A stretch of 53,560 nt of DNA from a virus (lineage: Duplodnaviria > Caudoviricetes): IMG/VR virus record IMGVR_UViG_3300007765_000007, positions 1-53,560 of that record. One strand, 5' to 3'. Positions 17,832 to 28,625 of this stretch are shown in pieces. Each line of letters opens with the position of its first letter. Position 1 is the first letter of the stretch. A program made the translations under genes and the position numbers. The notes under the pieces are model-generated. The model saw only the letters and a list, made by a program, of their open reading frames with translations. It did no database searches and was not told where the DNA came from.

Positions 17832-18607
17832 AATGTCTCCCCTATAAATTCATATAGTTCTTTTGCAAACCAATCGTGTGATAAGTGTGATGGATGAGTA
17901 CAACTTGTTTTCCAATTTTCACCTGATGATTGTTTTATCCAATTATATTCTTTCCAATAATTTTTTTCACAAGGAAAGTTGAAAAAATTAAAATAATCTT
18001 TATCTTCTATATAGTCATAAATTGAATTAAATAAAATTAACTTTCCACCACATTTACTTATAAATGAATCTAACATTTTATATTGTCTTTCTACTTCTCT
18101 TCCTCTTTCGTGCTCATCATAAAAATATTTTATATAATTAATAAACCATTCCAATCCATCATCAATATCAATAGTATCCGTTCCAAATAATCTTGGTATC
18201 ATATATTCTGGTGAATAGCCTGTGTGTTCGTGTTTTTTAATATTATATTTATTTTCATAATTTGATACTACCCAACTCATTCCAGATGTCTGAAAAGTAT
18301 TAAGATGTGTTAAAAAGAATTCTATTCGTGATATTTCAGTAACACCTAAGATAAACAAAGTTTTATTTACTTTATCTTTATTATTTTCAATCCAATCAAA
18401 AGTAGTTCTAATAGAATAATCGTTTGACTCACCACCTTTTGCTAAATTTATTTCCTCAACCTCAAGTTTATCTGAAAGTAATTTTGAAAAACGAAAATCT
18501 TTTACTCTCTCATCATCTTGACCTATACCAAGATATTCTCCAGCATTAACACCCTCTACAAAACTACATCCATTAACAAACAAATATTTTATATCATTTT
18601 TTTTCAT
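17828..18607 (-). CDS. SGNH/GDSL-fold hydrolase/acyltransferase-like protein
   Basis: NGCSFVEG, NLAKGGESN, C-terminal THPSHLSH. Confidence 0.75.
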   Translation of the reverse strand: MKKNDIKYLFVNGCSFVEGVNAGEYLGIGQDDERVKDFRFSKLLSDKLEVEEINLAKGGESNDYSIRTTFDWIENNKDKVNKTLFILGVTEISRIEFFLTHLNTFQTSGMSWVVSNYENKYNIKKHEHTGYSPEYMIPRLFGTDTIDIDDGLEWFINYIKYFYDEHERGREVERQYKMLDSFISKCGGKLILFNSIYDYIEDKDYFNFFNFPCEKNYWKEYNWIKQSSGENWKTSCTHPSHLSHDWFAKELYEFIGETL

Positions 18608-19091
18608 CTTTTAATTCCGATATTTTTTTGTAAGGTGTCTTTTCCCATACTGATATCTCTCCAATTTCAATATGTTTTGGTTGGTTGATACACCACACCA
18701 CTATGTCTGATATTTCCTTATAAGTAAGACTTGGTAAATCTGATTCAAGTAAACCACAATTAATATCTATGATTCTACAAGTCTTATCACTATTTAATCT
18801 TAAATTATTTGATAAGTGGTTTAGTGCTGCCTTTGAAGCTGAATACATAAACCCCTTTGATATATTTGGATATTTACTCCTACTCCCAATATTAACAATC
18901 GTCTTATCGGTATCTTTCCACTTATCAAATGCACTCATAAGTAATTTACTCTGATTGAAACTATTGTGTCTGTTATTTATAAAGACATCACTATCTTCAG
19001 AAAATCCCTCAACTACATTATCAAATCTACTTGATAATTCTTTTCCCAATCCTCTATGTTTATTTGTTATCGATACTTTCATAATACTCAT
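18594..19091 (-). CDS. Short-chain dehydrogenase/reductase (compact)
   Basis: DVFINN, IVNIGS, YSASK catalytic YxxxK. The cofactor loop is degenerate (TNKHRGLG). Confidence 0.8.
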   Translation of the reverse strand: MSIMKVSITNKHRGLGKELSSRFDNVVEGFSEDSDVFINNRHNSFNQSKLLMSAFDKWKDTDKTIVNIGSRSKYPNISKGFMYSASKAALNHLSNNLRLNSDKTCRIIDINCGLLESDLPSLTYKEISDIVVWCINQPKHIEIGEISVWEKTPYKKISELKDEKK

Positions 19092-19953
19092 TTATAATTT
19101 TAAAACTCGTTTCACCAAACAATTGTCCATTTACTGAACAATTTTTACAAGGACTAAAATCTCTATCTCCTTTTGATAATTTTTTTCTTATTTCATACAT
19201 CTTATCACTAAACCAAACATCAAACAATTTTTCTTTTACCAAATTACCAACTATGATTTCTTTACCCCAATCATTTGAGCAAAATAAAACATCTCCGTTC
19301 CAATCTACAAACAATTTGTAAAATGGATAATGACAAGGTTTCCCTTTCAATGATTCAATATCACTTTCATCGAATCCTAACCAATCTATATTACCACCTC
19401 TGTTGTTAACAAATAACCCATAGTCGTCTTGGGAATAATGTGCTCTATATTTATATTTAGAATCATCAATATCTGACATAATATCTTCAAACTTTTCTCT
19501 CTGTTCTATTCCATCATATAAATTTATGTACAATAAGTCTAACCCACTTTCAAAAAATTTTCCTATTTTTTCTTTTTTCAAAAAATCTCCATTGGTATTA
19601 CATTCAAACAAATTATCTTTCAAATGTTTTCTCATTACTGAAATGATGTCTACAAACTTTTTATTTATAAAATTCTCACTATAACCACTATATGATATTT
19701 TACCTTTGTAGTTATGATTTGATAAATTTTTTGCAATACTTTCAGCGTCCTCAACACTCATATTTAAATTTCTATTTGGATAGACTTCTGGATTATATCT
19801 TGGACAAAAAACACAAGTTCGATTACAAAGTTCTGTAGTGTTTAGTTCAATTGTTAATATTGAACTCAATGGATTATCACTATCAACTTTATTGAAAAAT
19901 TCTTTTTCTTGATTTATTCGGTGGTTGAGAAAATCTGTTTTATTAGTTTGCAT
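19060..19953 (-). CDS. Radical SAM protein with SPASM/Twitch domain
   Basis: CNRTCVFC, NTNGD, and C-terminal C...GDVLFC...GN...CKNC. Confidence 0.92.
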   Translation of the reverse strand: MQTNKTDFLNHRINQEKEFFNKVDSDNPLSSILTIELNTTELCNRTCVFCPRYNPEVYPNRNLNMSVEDAESIAKNLSNHNYKGKISYSGYSENFINKKFVDIISVMRKHLKDNLFECNTNGDFLKKEKIGKFFESGLDLLYINLYDGIEQREKFEDIMSDIDDSKYKYRAHYSQDDYGLFVNNRGGNIDWLGFDESDIESLKGKPCHYPFYKLFVDWNGDVLFCSNDWGKEIIVGNLVKEKLFDVWFSDKMYEIRKKLSKGDRDFSPCKNCSVNGQLFGETSFKIINEYYESIDNK

Positions 19954-20575
19954 AAATAAAAGTGAATCCTATTTTTCTGATATAATTAAAAAAGGTTAAT
20001 TCTTCGCTTAAAAATTTAGAACGGAGTTCTTTTTCAAATTCTCCTGGAAATGTGTGTTCCCATTTTTTTTTATTATTTAAAAATTGGTTTCCCTTATAGT
20101 ATTTAGAAACAACACTAAATATAATAGAATTACTATACCAACAAGAAGTTGATACAATAGTAATATATTCCTTTTCGTTTGGACGGAATCTTCCACTATC
20201 TAATTTTTTAGAATCAAAAGTTACTATTGATCTATCATGTGGATAGATAAACTCTTTTGGGAAATCAAATTTATTAATATCATTTACATCAACAAAAAAA
20301 CACAAATCATATAATAAATTATTATATAATTCATACTTATCCTTTTTATGATTTGCATATTCAAGACATTTATATGAAAATATTTTATCATTATTACAAT
20401 CATCTATAACGGATACTTGTATTAAATTATTACACTTTAACCACTTAACATCTTGTTCTTTATCTGATGCAACAATAACATCACAATCTTTTAAATCAAA
20501 TGGTATATATTCTATAAATGGTTTTAAATCTGTATTAGATAGCCACTTACCGCACAAAACTATTAAATTCTTCAT
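19943..20575 (-). CDS. Hypothetical protein, degenerate relative of the RVAxC family
   Basis: KDKYELYNNLLYDLCFF resembles the KxxYELENNFxYD motif. GGAG RBS. Confidence 0.55.
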   Translation of the reverse strand: MKNLIVLCGKWLSNTDLKPFIEYIPFDLKDCDVIVASDKEQDVKWLKCNNLIQVSVIDDCNNDKIFSYKCLEYANHKKDKYELYNNLLYDLCFFVDVNDINKFDFPKEFIYPHDRSIVTFDSKKLDSGRFRPNEKEYITIVSTSCWYSNSIIFSVVSKYYKGNQFLNNKKKWEHTFPGEFEKELRSKFLSEELTFFNYIRKIGFTFIYAN

Positions 20576-20589
20576 AACTCCCCCTTAGT

Positions 20590-21513
20590 TTATGGATGCC
20601 AATTTTCATGTTTATTTTCAATTCTGTTAGAGCCCCAGGCATATTTTGTAATTTCTTCCCATCGAGTATTAACCCACTCACCATCATTAAGTTGTTGTTT
20701 ATATGGTCTTAAACTTAATCTTGGAACAACTGGCAAACAAACTTTTATTCCATCTGCTCTCGGTATTCGTAACTCCCACAGTCCTGTGTGTCTCATGTGA
20801 AATGGATTAATAGAAGTGCCAGCCGTTATCATATTATAATTTTTACTCATATAAGCATATCGATACATTCCAGTATAAATATCCATTGTGGATGACATAC
20901 CAAAAGAAAAAACATCTCCTGCAGAATATACATAAGCTAAATTTCTATCATCACATGCCCTGATCTGTTTATCTAAAAATATTTCTAGCGTATCATGATT
21001 AAAAATATTATCATTTAAAAAATACTTTTTTAATGTAAATAAAACTTCTGCCTTTATTAAAACATCTGGTCTTGTATTTATAACAGCATCATATATGAAA
21101 TTATTTTCTAATTCATATTTAGATTTTAACAAATTAACATTCATTAATAAAAATGCATATTTCTTAGTATTCCAATGTATATTAACACCTACCTCTCGTA
21201 TATTTCTAAAATTATTCTTGTTAAGTTCAACTTCATCATTTTCATTTATTAGTTTAAACGATTTCAATTGACCATTATCAAAATCATCTACAAAATGGTT
21301 AGGTGTAACAAGAGCAATCTCCTTTTTAACCTCTTTTGATTTTTTATCTTGGTTGAGATATTGTGTCTCGTCCCAGGTAGAAATAAAATATTCAAATGAA
21401 ATATTTTTATGTACCTTCTCCCAATAACGAAAACTTGCCCTACATAAATCCCAATTTCTAAACAAACCACTAAGACAAACTGCAACCCTATATTTTTTAT
21501 CCATATTCATCAT
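20590..21513 (-). CDS. Putative glycosyltransferase-like protein (RVAxCxSG family)
   Basis: RVAVCLSGLFR, YFISTWD, KSKYELENNFIYDAVINTRPD. Start adjusted to the ATGA overlap. Confidence 0.65.
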   Translation of the reverse strand: MMNMDKKYRVAVCLSGLFRNWDLCRASFRYWEKVHKNISFEYFISTWDETQYLNQDKKSKEVKKEIALVTPNHFVDDFDNGQLKSFKLINENDEVELNKNNFRNIREVGVNIHWNTKKYAFLLMNVNLLKSKYELENNFIYDAVINTRPDVLIKAEVLFTLKKYFLNDNIFNHDTLEIFLDKQIRACDDRNLAYVYSAGDVFSFGMSSTMDIYTGMYRYAYMSKNYNMITAGTSINPFHMRHTGLWELRIPRADGIKVCLPVVPRLSLRPYKQQLNDGEWVNTRWEEITKYAWGSNRIENKHENWHP

Positions 21514-22424
21514 ACACCCAAATACTCTAACATTGGTGCTAATTCTTTGTATGAACAATTCTTACAATGTGATGTAGGTTTGTTTATATTACAACCTCTT
21601 TTAACATTTTGATAATCTTCCATTTCTCTTATTTCATCAATTGTGTTTTCAAATAAATTACCAAATGGTTCTGCACCTGTATTCATACAACACATTTTTA
21701 CATGACCTTCGACTGTAATATATAAACCATTCTTTACCCAAAAACAATCTTCAAAATCCCATTTCGATTTACCTTTTATATTATCTTTCCAATTATCTTT
21801 TAAATAATCTAACTGATCTTTTGTATAACCTGATGTTGCCAAGTCATCATTCATTTTTATATCTTCATCCCAAATCTGTGCAATGTTTAATCTCAACTTT
21901 CCTAAATTATTTTCTTTTCTTAATCTATCTATCTTTTCAATATCTTCTATATTATAAGCATTTACAACATAGTTCACAACCACATCACAATCATAACGAT
22001 TAATTGTTTCAAAATCTTTTAAGAACTTTATTAACTTACTCCATTTTGCTGGTGCTCTATCTCGTTCATAACTTTCATCATATCCATCAATAGAAAAGTA
22101 CAACATATCAATATACTTCATACATTCATGAAATTTATCATTAATATTATACTGACAATTTGTTGCTACGATTAACTTACATTTTGGAAATATTTCTTTG
22201 AATATTCTACAAACTTCATCAAAGTTTGGATGTAAAAATGGTTCACCCATTCCCATAAGTTTTGCCTCTTCAATTGGATGATGTTTTATACCATTAAGTA
22301 ACTTACCCCAATCCTCTAAACTCATATGTTTTAGTGGGCCAATTACATCCATTCGATTGCAAAAACTACAATCTAAATTACAATAGTTGGTTGTTTCTAA
22401 ATATGCGTATGTTATTTTGTCCAT
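21510..22424 (-). CDS. Radical SAM protein with SPASM/Twitch domain
   Basis: CNLDCSFC, GMGEPFLHP, C...GHVKMCC...GN...CKNC. Confidence 0.92.
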   Translation of the reverse strand: MDKITYAYLETTNYCNLDCSFCNRMDVIGPLKHMSLEDWGKLLNGIKHHPIEEAKLMGMGEPFLHPNFDEVCRIFKEIFPKCKLIVATNCQYNINDKFHECMKYIDMLYFSIDGYDESYERDRAPAKWSKLIKFLKDFETINRYDCDVVVNYVVNAYNIEDIEKIDRLRKENNLGKLRLNIAQIWDEDIKMNDDLATSGYTKDQLDYLKDNWKDNIKGKSKWDFEDCFWVKNGLYITVEGHVKMCCMNTGAEPFGNLFENTIDEIREMEDYQNVKRGCNINKPTSHCKNCSYKELAPMLEYLGV

Positions 22425-23101
22425 TAAGAAATATCCCTATACGACTTGATATCAGTTTGTATTCCACGAATAAAGTTGGAGTCAATTCTGTGATTTATAG
22501 GATAAGGTCTATGATTGAAGAAATTACTATTTTTTTTGATTATATATCCGTGGTAAGAATGACCACTATGCATTGCGTCTAATGATGGTGTTCTTTTAAA
22601 AAAAGATTTCCAACCTGTTGCATATATATCAAAAGTTTCAGTTTTTCCTGCAAAAAAGAAATCTTCTGATAAAGTTAACATTCCATTTTTTGCTGATATA
22701 AGATTGCAACTTGTATTTATTTCAAAATTTAAACTTGAACTTATCTTTTTATTAAAAAACTCTTTTAAAGTATCTATATCATAAAAGACCTCGGTTCTTG
22801 TCCACATTACATAGTCATACAAAAAACCTTCATTTAATTCTGTTTGCGACTTCAGTATATTTACTCTATGAATACAATATGCTGCTCTTTCAGTATTGTT
22901 TACAAACTCTCTAATGTTCGGGTCTATAAACTCTTTTTCTTTACAAAAATCAAATTGAGATTTATCTTGAAAGTCATCCCAAGTCGAAACAAAAAAGTCA
23001 AATTCAATATTATCGTCTTTTAATTTTTTAAATATAGTATTTAAAACTTGAAAAGTTCTTGTTTGTCCATAAAAACAAATCGCTACTCTTTTTTTATCCA
23101 T
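22424..23101 (-). CDS. Putative glycosyltransferase-like protein (RVAxC family)
   Basis: RVAICFYGQTR, DFFVSTWD, KSQTELNEGFLYDYVMWTR. Confidence 0.6.
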   Translation of the reverse strand: MDKKRVAICFYGQTRTFQVLNTIFKKLKDDNIEFDFFVSTWDDFQDKSQFDFCKEKEFIDPNIREFVNNTERAAYCIHRVNILKSQTELNEGFLYDYVMWTRTEVFYDIDTLKEFFNKKISSSLNFEINTSCNLISAKNGMLTLSEDFFFAGKTETFDIYATGWKSFFKRTPSLDAMHSGHSYHGYIIKKNSNFFNHRPYPINHRIDSNFIRGIQTDIKSYRDIS

Positions 23102-23819
23102 TGAGATATTCCTGTAAGTCTTCTGGTGTTCCTAACGAATAACATTTATCCACCATAAATACTCCAACTCTTTTTCCGTCACGAACTGCCCAATTGTAAA
23201 CCGGTGCAACATAAAACTCTCCGTTGGTTCTACTATTGTCTTTAATCATTTGTTCTGCATATTTTACGAAATCACTACCTTTTTTCCAATAGTAATATCC
23301 TGCCGTTGCATACTTTGATATTTGTTTCTTTTCTGCTACCTCTTGAACATATCCATTATCGAGTGTTCTGGCATAACTCCAAGCATTTCCTTCCCCGTAA
23401 AAACAAGGAATTACTCCGTCAAATTGTTCACACATTTCAAACAATCTTTCTATATCCCAATCTACTAATTGGTCTGAGTTCATAGTCATCAATGGTGTAT
23501 CGTCGTTGATTAAATGTTTTGCTGTCAATACGGTTTGTGCCGCTCCCTCAGTTACATCATCTAATATTACGACATCATAAGAATTATGTCCGATAACTTT
23601 TTCAAATTCTGTAAAATCGTATTTATCATAATCTTCCTGTAAACAAATCAATATAAACATATATTCTTTGTCAAACTCCATACCTAAGTTTTCTATCACT
23701 CTGTGTATCATTGGTTTTCCATTTACATCAATAAATGGTTTTTTGTCCGTATAACCTTGTTCTTCAAATCGTGAACCACGACCTGCCATTGGTATCAATA
23801 TATTACACTTTTGTTTCAT
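23094..23819 (-). CDS. Sugar/alcohol-phosphate nucleotidyltransferase (NTP_transferase family)
   Basis: LIPMAGRGSRF...KPFIDVNGKPMI, TEGAAQT, VAEK, NGEFYVAPVYN, LGTPEDL. Confidence 0.88.
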   Translation of the reverse strand: MKQKCNILIPMAGRGSRFEEQGYTDKKPFIDVNGKPMIHRVIENLGMEFDKEYMFILICLQEDYDKYDFTEFEKVIGHNSYDVVILDDVTEGAAQTVLTAKHLINDDTPLMTMNSDQLVDWDIERLFEMCEQFDGVIPCFYGEGNAWSYARTLDNGYVQEVAEKKQISKYATAGYYYWKKGSDFVKYAEQMIKDNSRTNGEFYVAPVYNWAVRDGKRVGVFMVDKCYSLGTPEDLQEYLNG

Positions 23820-24114
23820 TGAAAAAATCTCCTGCGTTTATTCCTCTATCATCGATGAAGTAATCTCCATTATGTCCTTTGAAACATAATTCGTGATATT
23901 TACAACCCCACTCTTTTAATTGTTGTTCTGTGATTGGACGATAATGTTTTTCTCCCCTACCACTCTTTAATCCACGAGCAGTATAATAAACTATTGTGTG
24001 TCCATCATCATATAATCTATTAATTTTTTCTATTCTATCTTTATAAGGTTTTCTTCCTATAACCTTACCTTCTTCTTTACAAATTGTTCCATCAATATCT
24101 ATAACATATTTCAT
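23803..24114 (-). CDS. Small HAD-family phosphatase (capsule-biosynthesis type)
   Basis: DIDGTIC, YYTARG, FIDDRG. Confidence 0.85.
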   Translation of the reverse strand: MKYVIDIDGTICKEEGKVIGRKPYKDRIEKINRLYDDGHTIVYYTARGLKSGRGEKHYRPITEQQLKEWGCKYHELCFKGHNGDYFIDDRGINAGDFFNETKV

Positions 24115-24998
24115 CCTTGTACCACTCCTATTTTTTCTTCATTCAAAAACAATGTATATTGTTTTTTATCTAAATCTATATCCATTTTTAAATTACTACT
24201 ATTTTTAAAATTTTTTTCTCTACCAACAACAGTAAATTGTCTTTTACCTTTTGGTATTTGAGTTAGTATAGGATAATCATTCCCACTCATAGCACACATA
24301 AACATCCTATGTGTACCAGCAACTAAAATTTTAGTAATAAAAAAATTTGTATTGGGAAATAATAACCCATTCTGTAAAACACTTTTAAATCCTAATATTG
24401 GAAAGTCGTGATTCCAATTTGGATACCTTTTATCAAACTCATCTATTTTTGTTTCTATTTCTTTTAAATCATTCCAATCGTTTATTTGACTGATAAACTT
24501 TCTTGGAATTTCCATACTCCATCTATTTCCCTCATCATCCCTATTTGATGTAGTTTCCATATATTTTAATAGAAACTCATTCGGTATGGTTATATATAAA
24601 TATTTAGACTCTATGTTATTCTTTAAAATTTCTAAATAATGATGTTCATACAAACATAAATGCTCAAAAGGTGATTTTAAAGCACAATCTCTATATTGAT
24701 AATTACAAGTTCCACCTATTTTATAATCACCATACTTTTCTCTAAATAAAGGTTGTCCATCAGGATAAATACATACTTGATTCTCAGAATTATCTATATT
24801 GAATTTATTGTATAAGTCTTTCATTGCAGGTATATCTTTATACTCATCACTATAATAAATCAAAGAACCACTATTATATTCTTTGAATTCTTTGAAAGTA
24901 GCTTCGGCCCGATAAAGTAATTCATATAAAGAAATCTTATCAAAAATCTTTAAATCAGAAAAATGTGGTTTCCAATATTTAATTCCTTTCAAATTCAT
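24111..24998 (-). CDS. Hypothetical protein
   Basis: Long ORF within the operon. AGTHR weakly recalls the ParB/Srx GxHR motif. Start adjusted to ATG 24998. Confidence 0.6.
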   Translation of the reverse strand: MNLKGIKYWKPHFSDLKIFDKISLYELLYRAEATFKEFKEYNSGSLIYYSDEYKDIPAMKDLYNKFNIDNSENQVCIYPDGQPLFREKYGDYKIGGTCNYQYRDCALKSPFEHLCLYEHHYLEILKNNIESKYLYITIPNEFLLKYMETTSNRDDEGNRWSMEIPRKFISQINDWNDLKEIETKIDEFDKRYPNWNHDFPILGFKSVLQNGLLFPNTNFFITKILVAGTHRMFMCAMSGNDYPILTQIPKGKRQFTVVGREKNFKNSSNLKMDIDLDKKQYTLFLNEEKIGVVQG

Positions 24999-25689
24999 AA
25001 CATACTCTCTTATATACATTTACCCAATGATGTTCAAACTTACCATTCCAAGTTTTGTGCCAAGGGCCACCATTAGTAAAATGAATAACTTTTGGATTTT
25101 CCATATGCTCATAATCTCCCTCTAAGTAATTGTAAGTCAACGGAATACTACCAACCTCATCCGTCCAAGACATCCTATGCAAATACTTCGGACTTTCAGT
25201 ATTGACTACCTCTACTGATAATTTTTGTGTATCTGGATGTTCACAATTAAACATCATTAAACTTGACCAGTTCTTTCTCGGATACGATGTTTGAACAACT
25301 CCATCCATTTTAGTATCAGATTTTGGAATATAGTCGTGTTGAACACAAGATACTGCATACTTTTCATTATAAAACCCTAAAACTTCTTCTACATCACATC
25401 TCCATAAAAAATCAGAATCACAGAATATTGCAATTCCTTTATAATCATTTAAATATGGAACTAAAAATCTACTATAAGTAAACTCTGTTGATGCCAACGG
25501 ATCAATATCCCTATAATATATTCCCTTATCTATCAGTTCATCTAACTTTATTGGTTGAATTTCAACATTCTTATTATATTTCAATATAGAAGATTTGCAC
25601 ACCTCATAACAAGGATTTTTTACCTTGTCGTATTTCGGGGGATAATCTTGCCTACTATCATATCCTATATATATTTTAATATTTTTCAT
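24979..25689 (-). CDS. GT-A fold glycosyltransferase (GT8-like phage family)
   Basis: IYIGYD, STEFTYSRFLVP, FCDSDF (DxD), YPRKNWSSLMMFN, HFTNGGPW. Confidence 0.85.
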   Translation of the reverse strand: MKNIKIYIGYDSRQDYPPKYDKVKNPCYEVCKSSILKYNKNVEIQPIKLDELIDKGIYYRDIDPLASTEFTYSRFLVPYLNDYKGIAIFCDSDFLWRCDVEEVLGFYNEKYAVSCVQHDYIPKSDTKMDGVVQTSYPRKNWSSLMMFNCEHPDTQKLSVEVVNTESPKYLHRMSWTDEVGSIPLTYNYLEGDYEHMENPKVIHFTNGGPWHKTWNGKFEHHWVNVYKRVCYEFERN

Positions 25690-26510
25690 CTTTTCACCTT
25701 CATTATAAATTCAAATAATTTTTTTGATATTAACTTATGTCCATTTATATTAGGATGCTGTGCTCTACGAAATTCTTTATTATGTATAGGTTTTTCATAT
25801 ACATCTCCACCATCATCATCAAGTATATCTAAAGCAGTCTTATCCCTATAGTAAAAGTTTGTATCAACTAAGTTTGTATCAAAAACCAGTTTATCAAATG
25901 CATCACACATAATATATTTTTGATTTTTCCACTTAAAATACTTTTGTAAAAAAACAATATAATTCGTACTCAAAATTTTATAATAAGATTCATCATATAA
26001 ATTTTTCATATAGTATTTAAAATAACTATCATTAAAAAAATTAAACAAATCTGATTCAACAAATTTTTTTACACCAGTAAAACTGGTACCAAGTGTAGAT
26101 TTCTTATGTTTCTTTTCAAAATATCTTTTAGAAAATGACTCCATTGATTCAGGAGAACTGAATTCTTTCAATGACCACCCTAACCCAATTGGGCCCGATG
26201 TTGACCACATATTAGGAAAAAATGGTAAATGATCTCTTATCGGTGAACTCCACATTATAATAATTAAATCATCTTCTTTTATTCTCTCTATACTATATTG
26301 TTCAAATATATTTGAAAATATTCTATAATTAGTAGAACCAACTTCTCCATTGTTTACATAATCAATTTCCATTAAGTCTGATAAATATTTTGGCCAAGAA
26401 TGAGACCTTTGATATTTTTCCTTCTCTTCAAAAATATCTAAAGTCTCGGTATAATCATAATCAGTTCCTTCTCCTGCCGTAAAGCTATCACCAAATGCTA
26501 CAATTCTCAT
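25686..26510 (-). CDS. SGNH/GDSL-fold hydrolase/acyltransferase-like protein
   Basis: FGDSFTAG, NNGEVGSTN, HPNINGH. Confidence 0.78.
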   Translation of the reverse strand: MRIVAFGDSFTAGEGTDYDYTETLDIFEEKEKYQRSHSWPKYLSDLMEIDYVNNGEVGSTNYRIFSNIFEQYSIERIKEDDLIIIMWSSPIRDHLPFFPNMWSTSGPIGLGWSLKEFSSPESMESFSKRYFEKKHKKSTLGTSFTGVKKFVESDLFNFFNDSYFKYYMKNLYDESYYKILSTNYIVFLQKYFKWKNQKYIMCDAFDKLVFDTNLVDTNFYYRDKTALDILDDDGGDVYEKPIHNKEFRRAQHPNINGHKLISKKLFEFIMKVKR

Positions 26511-27355
26511 AACCCCACCTTTTTACAAAAGTTATTAAAATCTAATAAATCATAATTATCCCAACTATACTCTTCATAAGTATCTCTTACACTTTCAATA
26601 TCAAACTCTTTCCAATCATCAACCAATACCATTGGAAACAATTTAGAGAAATACTCTGTCATAACATTCCTATCAACTATCGGTATCACCTTTAAATATA
26701 AACTTTCCCATGTTCTAAATGAGTCGATACCATTTCCCTCAGGACAAACTTGAAACTGATATTTAGATAAATTCTTTATATAAGTTTTATAACTTACCTT
26801 ATCAATCCATTCTATTCCTTGTGATGAAATACTTTCATAACAATCTGGTCTTTTGACATCACGACAACCACCTTCTAATTCAAAATAAAAATAAATAAAT
26901 TCACTTCTTTCTCTAACTGATAATAATTTGTTATTTATCCATACTGATAAATCTCCCCATTCCCAACAGATATTTGCTATTCCAATTGGCAGTGGTATTA
27001 CTCTCTCATCATATGTGGTAACATTTTGTGCACATATTTTTTTACAATTTGGTATATCAAAATATTTTAATTCATTGTCTCCAAATGGTGAATCATTATT
27101 ATGTAAAATTAAAGTAAATGGATTTTTAAATTCTGATAATATTTCAAACATATTTATATCTGTTAGTTCTGGTATTAAATCATTTACTAAGTCATTATTG
27201 ATGTGAATATATTCTTTATTATTAAAACCTGTAAAATCAAAATCCCTCACATCAATATGTTTATATGAAGGATAAAGTTCAAATGGCATAAATTCTTTTA
27301 TACTCAAATGATGACTACATAAATTTTGAAATTTTTCACCTGTAATTATATTCAT
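26507..27355 (-). CDS. Exostosin/GT47-like glycosyltransferase
   Basis: PLPIGIAN, YQFQVCPEGNGIDSFRTWESLYLKVIPIV. Start adjusted to the ATGA overlap. Confidence 0.7.
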   Translation of the reverse strand: MNIITGEKFQNLCSHHLSIKEFMPFELYPSYKHIDVRDFDFTGFNNKEYIHINNDLVNDLIPELTDINMFEILSEFKNPFTLILHNNDSPFGDNELKYFDIPNCKKICAQNVTTYDERVIPLPIGIANICWEWGDLSVWINNKLLSVRERSEFIYFYFELEGGCRDVKRPDCYESISSQGIEWIDKVSYKTYIKNLSKYQFQVCPEGNGIDSFRTWESLYLKVIPIVDRNVMTEYFSKLFPMVLVDDWKEFDIESVRDTYEEYSWDNYDLLDFNNFCKKVGL

Positions 27356-28155
27356 TTTTGATACCACTCAAAATGTAATTTTGATAATTTCCTAAAATCC
27401 TTTGGTTTCAGTAAATCTAAACTTGGATCAAATCCCATTCTTAATATAACCTCAATAAAAGCATACCTGTGTGGTTGGATAGTATTTGGTGTTATCCCAT
27501 ATTCCATAAAGAATCCGCCCATCATTGTTCCTGGACCAAGAGACTGTATATTTAAATAACCCTCTGGATTATCTAAATTACCATTTATATGAACTCCCTT
27601 TTCTCTATATTGATATAAATCAACTATCATATCCATTGTATATGAGTTTGCATAAAAACAACAATCATTAATATTTATCAAACCACATTCACCAAGCTGT
27701 TCACCAGCGTGTGTGGTATACAAAAATCCATCACACATATAATCTTCTGTAAAATGTGATCTTGGATTAAAAACAATATCTGGTCTTGATTTAATAACTA
27801 CATCATATTCAAAATTATTCTCAAGTTCATATTGTCTTTTTAACATTATTGATTGCGAAAGACTATAAAACAAAGACATCCAATGGTCATTTTCATAAAA
27901 GAAGTTTTGTACTTTATTATCAAAAATATATTTCTTTGGTTGATACCACTCAACTATTTGATCAAATTCTTTTTGTTCTACTTTTCTCCATATATATGGT
28001 TGTGAAACTCCTTCTCTATCACCACTATAATTCCAAGTATGTATAAAATAATCTACCTCACCTCTATCACCTATTGATTCCCAAAATTGCTTTTGATTTT
28101 CTTTAGCCCTAAACCACTCTCTTAATTGTCCACTAATACAAACTGCTATTCTCAT
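27352..28155 (-). CDS. Putative glycosyltransferase-like protein (RIAVCISGQ family)
   Basis: MRIAVCISGQLR, DYFIHTW, KRQYELENNFEYDVVIKSRPD. Confidence 0.7.
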   Translation of the reverse strand: MRIAVCISGQLREWFRAKENQKQFWESIGDRGEVDYFIHTWNYSGDREGVSQPYIWRKVEQKEFDQIVEWYQPKKYIFDNKVQNFFYENDHWMSLFYSLSQSIMLKRQYELENNFEYDVVIKSRPDIVFNPRSHFTEDYMCDGFLYTTHAGEQLGECGLININDCCFYANSYTMDMIVDLYQYREKGVHINGNLDNPEGYLNIQSLGPGTMMGGFFMEYGITPNTIQPHRYAFIEVILRMGFDPSLDLLKPKDFRKLSKLHFEWYQK

Positions 28156-28625
28156 ATTTGCCTCAACTTTATTCTATGAAATCTCGTAGACTCATATAAA
28201 CTTTTTTGTCTTTTTAATCTTACTCTATTTGAAATAATCCACAATACAAATGAACCACAATATAAAATTCCATCATCACAATAACAATGGTGTGTTGGAT
28301 ATGGTTTTGGCACTTCAATTAAAGTAATGTTAAAATATGGTGTGTGTTTAAATGAATTGGTATATAATACATTATCATCTAATGGTTTTGTAATGATTTT
28401 TGAAACCTTTGAAGAATAAGTGTCATCATTTAAAATAACATTACCAGAAAATACCTCATCATTATCAAGTTCATATTTTTTTATATCAAAACAAATTTGT
28501 TGAAATGATAGTTCAGTAGTTACTTTATGTACTTTAAATTTTTTAGGAAGAGTCTTAACAAACTCATCGTCAACTTTTTTTCCTAATATCAAATTGTATT
28601 TTCCATTAAAATATTTTTCGTTCAT
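28152..28625 (-). CDS. Hypothetical protein
   Basis: In-operon ORF. KKYELDNDEVF echoes the paralog motif. Confidence 0.55.
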   Translation of the reverse strand: MNEKYFNGKYNLILGKKVDDEFVKTLPKKFKVHKVTTELSFQQICFDIKKYELDNDEVFSGNVILNDDTYSSKVSKIITKPLDDNVLYTNSFKHTPYFNITLIEVPKPYPTHHCYCDDGILYCGSFVLWIISNRVRLKRQKSLYESTRFHRIKLRQI

